64,000 nt of DNA from Arenicellales bacterium (lineage in GTDB: Bacteria; Pseudomonadota; Gammaproteobacteria; Arenicellales; JAJDZL01). Positions 8,841 to 17,110 of the stretch are shown here, piece by piece. The stretch is from NCBI GenBank assembly GCA_965213865.1, contig OZ243928.1, positions 1,791,384 through 1,855,383 on the forward strand, read 5' to 3'. Positions within the stretch are counted from its first letter, which is position 1. Every line of letters starts with the position of its first letter. The notes under the pieces are model-generated. The model made no database searches. It saw only the letters and a list, made by a program, of their open reading frames with translations, and was not told the DNA's origin. The position numbers were made by a program, and so were the translations under genes.

Positions 8841-11540
8841 ATGCCAGTATCATTCAATTACCCTAAAGACTTCCTGTCTGCACCTCTGAAAACTGCGCTG
8901 GAACTTTGTGGCGGCGCACAATTTTATCGCTGCGCATTACAGGTCAACCCCTTCGAGTATCTGATGCGGAGTAATAAAGCGACTGCTTATGGTTGTGAGG
9001 CTGATTACAACCGGGCCATTATCAATAAGTGCCAAGAATTAAAAATTGATGTGATCGGAGTAACCGGCCACTATCGTGTAAGCGGGTCGCATAAGCTAAT
9101 AAGTGATGCTCGAAAAGCTGGGATACATGCATTTAGCGGCTTTGAAGCAGTGACTAAAGATGGCGTTCATTTCCTGTGTTTGTTTGACAGAGATAAAGAA
9201 GATTCTTTGGAAAGATACATTGGTAAATGCGGGGTTCATGATTTCAACGAAATTTCACCAGTCGGAACCTTAGATTCTACTGAACTTTTATCAGAATCAA
9301 AAACTTGGGGCGCAATATGCATTGCAGCACATGTGACCACTAACGGCGGATTGCTGACTAAACTCTCGGGCCAAACGCGGGTCAATGTTTGGAGATCGGA
9401 GAATTTGCTCGCTTGTGCAATTCCGAAATCTATCGACGATGTAAAGGATGCTGGACTCAGGCAAATATTGAAGAATAAAGATCCGGAGCACAAACGCCAG
9501 CACAAAATGACCATTATCAATGCTTTGGATGTATTTGATCCTAGTGACTTGGATAAAGACGGTGCTTCTTGCCTTGTCAAAATGTCGAATGTTTCGGTTG
9601 AAGCATTGCGACAAGCATTTCTTGATTCCGAATCGCGAATCCGTTTGAATAGTGATCCAGAACCTAAATCCCATACTGAGCTGGTGGCAATGAGCTGGGA
9701 AGGCGGTTTTTTGAGGGACACAGTTATCCGATTCAATGCCAACTTGAATGCGGTGGTCGGAGGACGCGGTACAGGCAAATCGACGCTAATCGAAAGTCTT
9801 CGGTATGTGCTCTCTCTGGATCCAATTGCTGACAATGCGAAATCAGCCCATGAAAGCATAGTGCGTTATGTATTGAGACCAGGAACAAAATTATCATTAT
9901 TGGTTCGGCTGCATAAACCGACCAAACGGGACTACTTGATCGAACGTTCAGTGCCCAACCCTCCAGTAGTCAAGGACCTATCTAGCGAGGTGATATCGAT
10001 CTCACCGCGAGATTTATTGCCAGGAGTCGAAGTCTATGGGCAACATGAGATTTCTGAACTTGCGAAGAGTCCTGCGAAACTCACAACGCTTTTGAAACGG
10101 TTTGTGGAAAATGATCCTTCAATAAATGATCGTAAAGTTGATTTAGTGATTAAGCTGGAGAAATCTCGCAACCGCATTTTGGACACGCAAAGTGAAATCG
10201 AATCGCTTGAAGAAAAACTTGCAACTTTGCCTGCCCTTGAACTGGCTGACCAGCAGTACAGGAAATCTGGACTGGAAGATCGCCTCAAGGAAAAAAGCCT
10301 TGTTGTGAAAGAGGAGCGACTTTTTTCAGAACTTAACGAGCGACTAAAAACATATCGAACGATTAGTGAAAATCTTTCTGAAAACCTTCCGATCGATACA
10401 GTGTTTGTAAGTGAAAAAGCTCTGGCAGAGTTGCCCAATGCAAAATTATTGATGGAGATAGAAGAAATTCTTACTTCTCTAAGCACCGAGCTGAAAGCAA
10501 TTACTGACCAGTTTGCCACCGCTTTATCGAGTGCCGACAATGCCTTGATGATGGTCAAAAATCATTGGCAAGTAAAACGAGAATCTATAGAAAAGCACTA
10601 TGAAATATTATTGCGAAAACTTCAAGATGCTGAAATCGACGGCTCAGAATTTATTCAATTGCGTGAGCGAATTGAGAAATTACTGCCGCTGAAACAGGTA
10701 AAAAGAAAACTAGAAAACAACTTAACCAAATTTCAGGAAGAACGCCGCAGTTTGGTTAATGAATGGGAAGAGGTTAAAGCTGAAGAATTCCGTTTAATCG
10801 ATAAAGCCGCGCGAAAAGCTTCTAAAGAGCTTCGGGATAGAGTGCGAATTAAAGTTCTTATGGCGGGAGATCGAAGTCCGCTCGAAAAATTAATACGGGA
10901 AGCTGGTGGAAAGCTTGCGGCTGCCCTCCAGCGGCTAGAGGCGTTAGATGAACTGTCGTTGCCTCAGTTTGCGGCGCATTGTCTCGAAGGCAAAAATTCG
11001 TTGATCGAAAATTATCAATTTCCATCCGGTGCCGCGGAGCGAATTGCAGGTGCCGGTTATGATTTTTTTATGAGAATTGAAGAAATAGACTTGCCCGCAA
11101 CAACTCAAATTGAATTGAATACAGCTGCAGATGGCTCGCCGGCGGAATGGAGAAAATTGGAATCACTTTCCACCGGGCAAAAAGCGACTGCGATTCTGTT
11201 GCTTCTATTGCAAGAATCAAATGCTCCATTGGCTGTTGATCAACCAGAGGATGATCTCGACAATCGTTTTATTACAGAAAGCATTGTGCCCATTATGCGG
11301 CGGGAGAAGCAGCGACGTCAGTTTATATTCTCGACCCATAACGCAAATATACCTGTGCTGGGTGACGCCGAGCAAATATTTGGGCTGGATGCATCTGGCG
11401 AGGCGGAAGAAGGTCGAGCGAAGATTAAGCCGGACCACATTGGCTCGATAGATTCGCTATCGGTTCGAGAGCTGGTTGAAGAGGTTTTAGAAGGCGGGAA
11501 AGACGCGTTTGAGATGCGCCGCTCCAAATACGGGTTCTGA
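8841..11540 (+). CDS. PHP-domain + coiled-coil ABC/SMC-type ATPase (TrlF / Ppl-like), putative defence protein
   Basis: N-terminal PHP-like motifs (RCALQVNP, IGVTGH, GFE, HFL, AAH); Walker A GGRGTGKST; long coiled coil; signature LSTGQK; Walker B/D-loop VDQPEDDLDN; THNANIPVLGDAE; AT-richer than the flanks. Confidence 0.8.
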   Translation: MPVSFNYPKDFLSAPLKTALELCGGAQFYRCALQVNPFEYLMRSNKATAYGCEADYNRAIINKCQELKIDVIGVTGHYRVSGSHKLISDARKAGIHAFSGFEAVTKDGVHFLCLFDRDKEDSLERYIGKCGVHDFNEISPVGTLDSTELLSESKTWGAICIAAHVTTNGGLLTKLSGQTRVNVWRSENLLACAIPKSIDDVKDAGLRQILKNKDPEHKRQHKMTIINALDVFDPSDLDKDGASCLVKMSNVSVEALRQAFLDSESRIRLNSDPEPKSHTELVAMSWEGGFLRDTVIRFNANLNAVVGGRGTGKSTLIESLRYVLSLDPIADNAKSAHESIVRYVLRPGTKLSLLVRLHKPTKRDYLIERSVPNPPVVKDLSSEVISISPRDLLPGVEVYGQHEISELAKSPAKLTTLLKRFVENDPSINDRKVDLVIKLEKSRNRILDTQSEIESLEEKLATLPALELADQQYRKSGLEDRLKEKSLVVKEERLFSELNERLKTYRTISENLSENLPIDTVFVSEKALAELPNAKLLMEIEEILTSLSTELKAITDQFATALSSADNALMMVKNHWQVKRESIEKHYEILLRKLQDAEIDGSEFIQLRERIEKLLPLKQVKRKLENNLTKFQEERRSLVNEWEEVKAEEFRLIDKAARKASKELRDRVRIKVLMAGDRSPLEKLIREAGGKLAAALQRLEALDELSLPQFAAHCLEGKNSLIENYQFPSGAAERIAGAGYDFFMRIEEIDLPATTQIELNTAADGSPAEWRKLESLSTGQKATAILLLLLQESNAPLAVDQPEDDLDNRFITESIVPIMRREKQRRQFIFSTHNANIPVLGDAEQIFGLDASGEAEEGRAKIKPDHIGSIDSLSVRELVEEVLEGGKDAFEMRRSKYGF

Positions 11541-11542
11541 TC

Positions 11543-12748
11543 ATGGTTTCAAAAATCGAACTTCTGGAAATGATTGATAATGGAGAGAACTCCGGTATCG
11601 AATTCAAGCTTGATGCGCTAAGCAACTATCAAGTTGCCAAAACACTGGTTGCGTTTTCTAATTTTGAGGGTGGAATGGTTTTGCTGGGAGTCGAAGACGA
11701 CGGAACCGTGAAAGGGCTGGTAAGAGATCGTTTGGAAGAATGGGTGATGACAACCTGTCGAGACAAGATCAGACCTGCCATTATTCCATATTTCGAGAAA
11801 ATCAAGAATGTTGAGCGCGGCAAGGATGTGGCGGTCGTGCGAGTATTGCGCGGAGTCGATGTGCACAGTTTGTGGCATAACAACAAGCATGCATATTTCA
11901 TTCGAGCAGGATCCGAAAACCGTGAGCCATCACCGGAAGAACTGAGCCGGCTATTTCAGCAACGCGGTACATTTCGAGCGGAATTGCGCCCAGTCACAGG
12001 AACAAAATTTAAGGATTTGGACTTAAGGAGGCTTAGAGATTATTTTTTGCGAGTTCGCCAGCAGCAAGTTCCAGACAATGACGATATTCTGGGATGGCAC
12101 AAATTGCTAATGAATACTGAGATCATGGTTGAGGACGGAGTGTCTCTTTCTGGATTATTGCTATTTGGCATTAATCCAAAGCGATTTCTGCCGCAAGCTG
12201 GGATTGATGCAGCAGCTTTTTCGGGGATTGTAAAGGATTATTCAATTAAGGAGCAGCGGTCGATAAGGGGTCCAATGGTTCCGTTGATGAATCAACAAGC
12301 AGAAGTTGTTGAAACGGGCACGGTAGACGCAGCACTGGAGTTCGTCAGACGCAACACATCCTTGACTGCATGTATAGATCAAAGTGGACGTCGAGCTGAG
12401 CGATCAACTTATCCGAAGGAAGCAGTGCGTGAAGCACTGGTTAACGCTCTGATCCATAGAGATTATCTGTTGGCGAATTCTGACATCGAATTGGCAATAT
12501 ATCAAGATCGCCTGGAAGTTGTCTCACCCGGCAGACTGCCGAATGGAGTCACTCCTGAACGTATGCGGGTGGGAATACGGGCGACTCGAAATCAACTTCT
12601 GAAGGATGTGATGCGGGATTACGGTTACTTGGAGCATATGGGCATGGGTGTACCTCGAAAAATTGTCTCTGGAATGATGCAGCATAACCAGACTGAACCT
12701 GAATTGGTTGAGTACGGTGAACGGTTTACGGTGCGATTGTTCGCGTGA
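11543..12748 (+). CDS. AlbA_2 (Schlafen-like) domain + RecG-C/HATPase_c_4-like domain protein
   Basis: GENSGIEFK, VAFSNFEGG, GVEDDG (AlbA_2); YPKEAVREALVNALIHRDY, SPGRLP, RN and GMGV (HATPase_c_4-like); starts 2 nt after the upstream stop. Confidence 0.85.
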   Translation: MVSKIELLEMIDNGENSGIEFKLDALSNYQVAKTLVAFSNFEGGMVLLGVEDDGTVKGLVRDRLEEWVMTTCRDKIRPAIIPYFEKIKNVERGKDVAVVRVLRGVDVHSLWHNNKHAYFIRAGSENREPSPEELSRLFQQRGTFRAELRPVTGTKFKDLDLRRLRDYFLRVRQQQVPDNDDILGWHKLLMNTEIMVEDGVSLSGLLLFGINPKRFLPQAGIDAAAFSGIVKDYSIKEQRSIRGPMVPLMNQQAEVVETGTVDAALEFVRRNTSLTACIDQSGRRAERSTYPKEAVREALVNALIHRDYLLANSDIELAIYQDRLEVVSPGRLPNGVTPERMRVGIRATRNQLLKDVMRDYGYLEHMGMGVPRKIVSGMMQHNQTEPELVEYGERFTVRLFA

Positions 12749-12864
12749 TGATTCTCGAAACTCAATCTGTCGGTTAACTGTTCTCATGCCAAACTTGGAA
12801 GGATTGCCAGAGATTTTCAATAAACAAAAAAACTATAAAACTAGTTATATAGTATTATATTTGC

Positions 12865-13203
12865 ATGATTACAGCACAGCAGGCATCGCACGGTTTTTCT
12901 GCAGTCGGATCGTCAGCCAGGCTTAAGGTCTTGCGCATGCTGGTTCGCGCCGGACCCAGTGGCCTTTGTATCGGAGATATACAAAGTCGTTTGCAAATCC
13001 CCGCTTCAACCTTGGCGCATCACCTGCGAAGTCTGGTAGAAGCGCAGCTGATTACGCAGCATAAATCAGGACGTGAAGTAATCAGTCGAGCGGAATTCGG
13101 CCGCATTCAGGATCTGGCCGCGTATCTGCTGGAGCAATGCTGCAGCGAAGATCCCCGCTATGCTGCCTCAACAGTCTTGACATCCGATGATTGCTCAATT
13201 TAA
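12865..13203 (+). CDS. arsR: ArsR/SmtB family transcriptional regulator
   Basis: RLKVLRMLVRAG...IPASTLAHHLRSL wHTH with C-terminal CC. Confidence 0.85.
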   Translation: MITAQQASHGFSAVGSSARLKVLRMLVRAGPSGLCIGDIQSRLQIPASTLAHHLRSLVEAQLITQHKSGREVISRAEFGRIQDLAAYLLEQCCSEDPRYAASTVLTSDDCSI

Positions 13204-13209
13204 TAGGGA

Positions 13210-13623
13210 GTGACTTTCATGAAATTTCATCTTTCTTTAGCGGTGAGGGATTTTGATGCCGCAGTGACTTTTTATTCAGCTCTGTTCAGGCAAGAACCCA
13301 CAGTTCTGAAAAATCGCTATGCAAAGTGGGATGCAGACTCGCCTGCGATCAATTTCGTTATCGAAAAATGCGATGGCATGCCCGGTGTCGATCACTTGGG
13401 AATTCAAGTCGACTCGGATGAAGAGTTGCACCGGCTGGCGGACCGTATGCGTGATAGCGGTCGGCCGTTTCTGGACTTAGAGAGATTGGACTGCTGTCAC
13501 GCAACAATGGATAAAGCCTGGGTAAAAGGCATCGCTGATGAGAAATGGGAAGTTTTTCTGACACATCGCCACGATTTGGATCACTATAGTGACAGCCAGA
13601 AAGAGGCGCTGCAGGCACTGTAA
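13210..13623 (+). CDS. ArsI/CadI family VOC (glyoxalase-like) protein
   Basis: HLSLAV, YAKW, DHLGIQV, CCHA...KAW and WEVF. Confidence 0.85.
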   Translation: MTFMKFHLSLAVRDFDAAVTFYSALFRQEPTVLKNRYAKWDADSPAINFVIEKCDGMPGVDHLGIQVDSDEELHRLADRMRDSGRPFLDLERLDCCHATMDKAWVKGIADEKWEVFLTHRHDLDHYSDSQKEALQAL

Positions 13624-13637
13624 GTGAAGATTCAGTT

Positions 13638-14312
13638 TTGGTCATGAAACAGCATGTTTCCAATCGAGCGCTGTTCGCAGAGTGGCTCGGCACTGCGCTT
13701 TTGCTGGCAACCGTTATCGGTTCTGGAATTATGGCAGAAACCCTGGCCGACGGGAATGCTGCCATCGCGCTGCTTGGCAATACGATCGCGACAGGTGCGA
13801 TTCTAGTGATTCTGATTACCATGCTTGCTCCCATCTCCGGAGCGCACCTCAATCCAGCAGTTACACTGGTTTTTGCATTGCGCCGTGAAATCAAGATATC
13901 GACTGCATCCGCTTACATCATTGTGCAGATTCTTGGAGGGCTTGTCGGCATGCTGGCAGCGCACTTCATGTTTGAGGAACCGCTTTGGCAATTGTCGCAA
14001 AAAAGCCGGACTGGAGCTTCGCAATGGTTTTCTGAAGGGGTCGCGACATTCGGCTTGATGCTGACCATTCTGACAACCTTGCGCGCCCGCCCGAGTGCGG
14101 TGCCCTGGGCAGTCGGACTTTACATTACCGCAGCGTACTGGTTTACGGCATCAACGTCCTTTGCCAATCCAGCGGTCACGATTGCGCGCGGCATGACCGA
14201 TACGTTTGCTGGAATCGATCCCTTCCATGCACCGTATTTTATTGCCGCTCAGTTTGCCGGCGCCCTCATGGCCATGATTGCCTGCGGCTGGCTTGAGCGC
14301 ACTGAACCGTAA
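13638..14312 (+). CDS. MIP/aquaporin family channel, arsenic-operon type
   Basis: SGAHLNPAVT and STSFANPAVT NPA motifs; six hydrophobic segments. Confidence 0.9.
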   Translation: MVMKQHVSNRALFAEWLGTALLLATVIGSGIMAETLADGNAAIALLGNTIATGAILVILITMLAPISGAHLNPAVTLVFALRREIKISTASAYIIVQILGGLVGMLAAHFMFEEPLWQLSQKSRTGASQWFSEGVATFGLMLTILTTLRARPSAVPWAVGLYITAAYWFTASTSFANPAVTIARGMTDTFAGIDPFHAPYFIAAQFAGALMAMIACGWLERTEP

Positions 14313-14403
14313 AAACCGCCTCTCAACACGAATGACATCGCGGCCGTGCTTGTCTTACAATAGCAAACGGGCATCAAGCAGTCATAAACTGTTCAATTGA
14401 GTT

Positions 14404-14685
14404 ATGGGATTATTCAGCAAATTCATCAATCCAAAGAAATCGGCTCAGCCATCGCAGGCTGAGAGTGTCGCATACAACGGCTATCAGATTCAGCCTGCGC
14501 CCGAAAAACAAAACGGACAATACGTTACGGCCGGGTACATCTGCAAGACGGATGAATCCGGACAGGTTCAAAAGCAGCACTTCATCCGTGCCGATACGCA
14601 TATGGATGTCGACGCAGCGGAAAAACATGCCGTAGTCAAAGGCAAACAGATTATTGACGAGCTCGGCGATCAAATTTTTGACTAG
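14404..14685 (+). CDS. HlyU family (PF10115-like) small protein
   Basis: YNGYQIQPAP...GQY..AGYI...HFIRAD...KGKQIIDELGD pattern. Confidence 0.75.
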   Translation: MGLFSKFINPKKSAQPSQAESVAYNGYQIQPAPEKQNGQYVTAGYICKTDESGQVQKQHFIRADTHMDVDAAEKHAVVKGKQIIDELGDQIFD

Positions 14686-14743
14686 CAGAAACCAATACCG
14701 GTACAATAGCGGCATCTTAATCAGCTTATAGGAGAAGATCAAA

Positions 14744-15440
14744 ATGAAGCGTTCAGCGAAACTCATTCACCCCCCCCCTCACTAATTTAGCAGTCCTTCT
14801 GCTGCTGGCGGCGCTGGCACCGCCCGCGCAGGCGCAGGTGGATTACTCCTTTATTGAGGGTGCATCAGGCGCGAATACCTGCCCGGAGGGCCAGACTCAA
14901 ATTCTTGGGTTAATCATACCATATGGATCCGTGAAAAAGGATGCGGTCCAGTTTGCTACGCCATCAATTTCACTTGGGGAGCTCCGGGCAGCTTTGTCTA
15001 ATCCCAGTCTTCAAAGTGTCGTTGTGTATCTGAGCGTGCTGAAAAATGGCAGGGAAGAGGCAAGCAGGCAGACTCTCGGAACTGCTGTAGCTGGCACGTC
15101 CATAGTTGCGGGTACCCAAAACTTTAGCGGTCTGAAGCAAAATACGAAGTATACGGGAATTCTCCATGTTGGGAATGTTAGCAGTCCCATCTTAAGAGCC
15201 TGCTTCAAGACCGCGGCCGATCTGGAGATCCCCTTCGGCTCGGGCCGCGGCGCCGCCGGTCCCGGCGATTCGTGGTCGAGCGGGTGCTACGCCTTCAGCA
15301 AGGACCGGAATCAGATCCTGGCGTGCTTCTGCGGAGCCAGGAACTCGTCGGGCAGCTGGGCGCGCACAGATGCCGAAGACGGCTACGAATATATGATGGA
15401 CGCCGCCTGGAGAAGCAGCGTGGGCTGCACGACGAACTGA
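14744..15440 (+). CDS. Secreted 6-Cys protein A, out of frame at a C9 tract in the signal peptide
   Basis: RBS AGGAGA, ATG 14744 reads MKRSAKLIHPPPH*. Removing one C from 14770-14778 gives MKRSAKLIHPPLTNLAVLLLLAALAPPAQA|QVDYSF..., joining ORF 14838-15440. Confidence 0.8.
14766..14780 (+). repeat. TTCA-C9-TC homopolymer motif, copy 1
   Basis: ttcaccccccccctc; identical to copies at 20156-20170 (-) and 56467-56481 (+). Confidence 0.95.
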
Positions 15441-15516
15441 CGGCGCTGCGGGCGGTTGCCGTCAGGCGGCTTTCGGCCGCCGGACTGGCTGAGGCAGACC
15501 GGCAGCCTGATGACCG

Positions 15517-15545
15517 GAGGCGGCCTGCGGGCCGCCTCTGTTTTC
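15517..15545 (+). terminator. Rho-independent terminator after secreted protein A
   Basis: GAGGCGGCC-tgcg-GGCCGCCTC followed by TGTTTTC. Confidence 0.7.
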
Positions 15546-15620
15546 AGTCCTGCCCGGCAGTTTCGAACTGAGGGGCTATCCAATGCTTCTGTGAGCGGTC
15601 GCTGGCCGACTGTTTGAAAT

Positions 15621-16589
15621 CTATGCTTTCTGGGCGAAATCGAGCAGCTGGCGGATGATCTGCTGAACCAAGACTTCAATCTCAATATCGCCGGAATTTA
15701 CGCGAACGATGAGTTCGGCAATCGCATCATCGTCAGCTTCAGCGAGCTGTTTTTCGATTTGCTGACCGATAACTTTGGAGATGCTCTGTCGCAATCTGGC
15801 TGGCATGGGGGAGTCACTGGCATCTTGGCGTTCCGGCTTGTGCAGGCAGATGATTTCATCCACCAGCTTTGTGATGCCGTTCCCGAGCGTGGCCGCAGTG
15901 CCGATGACTTTCGGATTCTTTGACGAGGGGCGCAGCGAAACAGACTGCCTGAGATGACCGGCAGCCAGCTGCGCGTTTGGCAAGTCTGATTTGTTCAATA
16001 CAACAATATCCGCGATCTCAAGAATGCCAGACTTCATCGCCTGAATATCATCCCCCATGCCAGGAGCTTCGACTACAACCACAGTGTCGGCCAGAGCGGA
16101 TATTTCCATTTCGGACTGACCGACCCCAACTGTCTCGACCAAGACGATATCCCACCCTGTTGCATCAAACAGATTCACGATGTACATCGCCGTCGCCGAC
16201 AGCCCGCCAAGATGTCCGCGGGCGGCGACTGAGCGAATAAACACACCGTCGTCTTCGGTATGCTGCGCCATTCTGACCCGATCGCCAAGAACTGCGCCGC
16301 CGCCGATGCGGCTGCTCGGATCAACGGTCAATACCGCGACAGTCTGGCCGCGCTGTCTAAGCTCTTTGATACAAGCGTCGACCAGGGTCGATTTCCCAAC
16401 GCCCGGGGGTCCGCTGATGCCGACAACATAGGCTTGTCCCAAGCGGTTGGCGATCGCCTTTAAGATTTTTTTGCGATCCTCCAAGCTGTTCTCAACGATC
16501 GTAATGGCGCGTGCCAGGGTATTGCGGTCGCCGTGAAAGAGAGAGGCAACGCTATTCTCAGAGATTGGGGTGTCAATCTTTGATGCCAT
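15621..16589 (-). CDS. meaB: MeaB/ArgK family GTPase (B12-mutase chaperone)
   Basis: GISGPPGVGKST, VDPSS, GDRVRM, ETVGVGQSE, GDDIQAMKSGILEIAD and NKSD. Confidence 0.9.
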   Translation of the reverse strand: MASKIDTPISENSVASLFHGDRNTLARAITIVENSLEDRKKILKAIANRLGQAYVVGISGPPGVGKSTLVDACIKELRQRGQTVAVLTVDPSSRIGGGAVLGDRVRMAQHTEDDGVFIRSVAARGHLGGLSATAMYIVNLFDATGWDIVLVETVGVGQSEMEISALADTVVVVEAPGMGDDIQAMKSGILEIADIVVLNKSDLPNAQLAAGHLRQSVSLRPSSKNPKVIGTAATLGNGITKLVDEIICLHKPERQDASDSPMPARLRQSISKVIGQQIEKQLAEADDDAIAELIVRVNSGDIEIEVLVQQIIRQLLDFAQKA

Positions 16590-17110
16590 CGCTTCGTCTT
16601 TATAAAATGCATCGCGAGCCTGAAACTCGACTTTATTGAGGAATTGCCTCAGCATTCGCTTGGCATTTCTGCCGACGCTGTACACCGGTGCCATGCTGAC
16701 GCATGACGCAGTTGTGTTTCAGAACCGTTTTCTTTTGTGTGCGTACCGGTTCTGCAGCCCTATACGGCAGTGTCTCACTAAACTGGTTTTGCAGTTGCAT
16801 CAAAATGATAAATCATTGGATCAATTCAGCACTTGCAAATCTCAATGGAGAGGGTTCGCTAAAGCTCTGGGCTGCTTGCAGTATGTCGGTTATACTGCAC
16901 AGCAATCGGCATGTGATTCGGGGCATCTCCAGCGCAGCTCGATCGCGTCAATCCAGGTATTCGAACCGAGTCAGCTCGCGCTTGACGCATTCAGATTCTG
17001 TCGAGCGCTGCGTCATCCGAGTGGAGACTCATGCCCAATCGTTGCAACTGGCACTCGCATCCGATCGCAGTGATGCCGAGACAGGTCATTGATCGATTAG
17101 ACATATTAAG

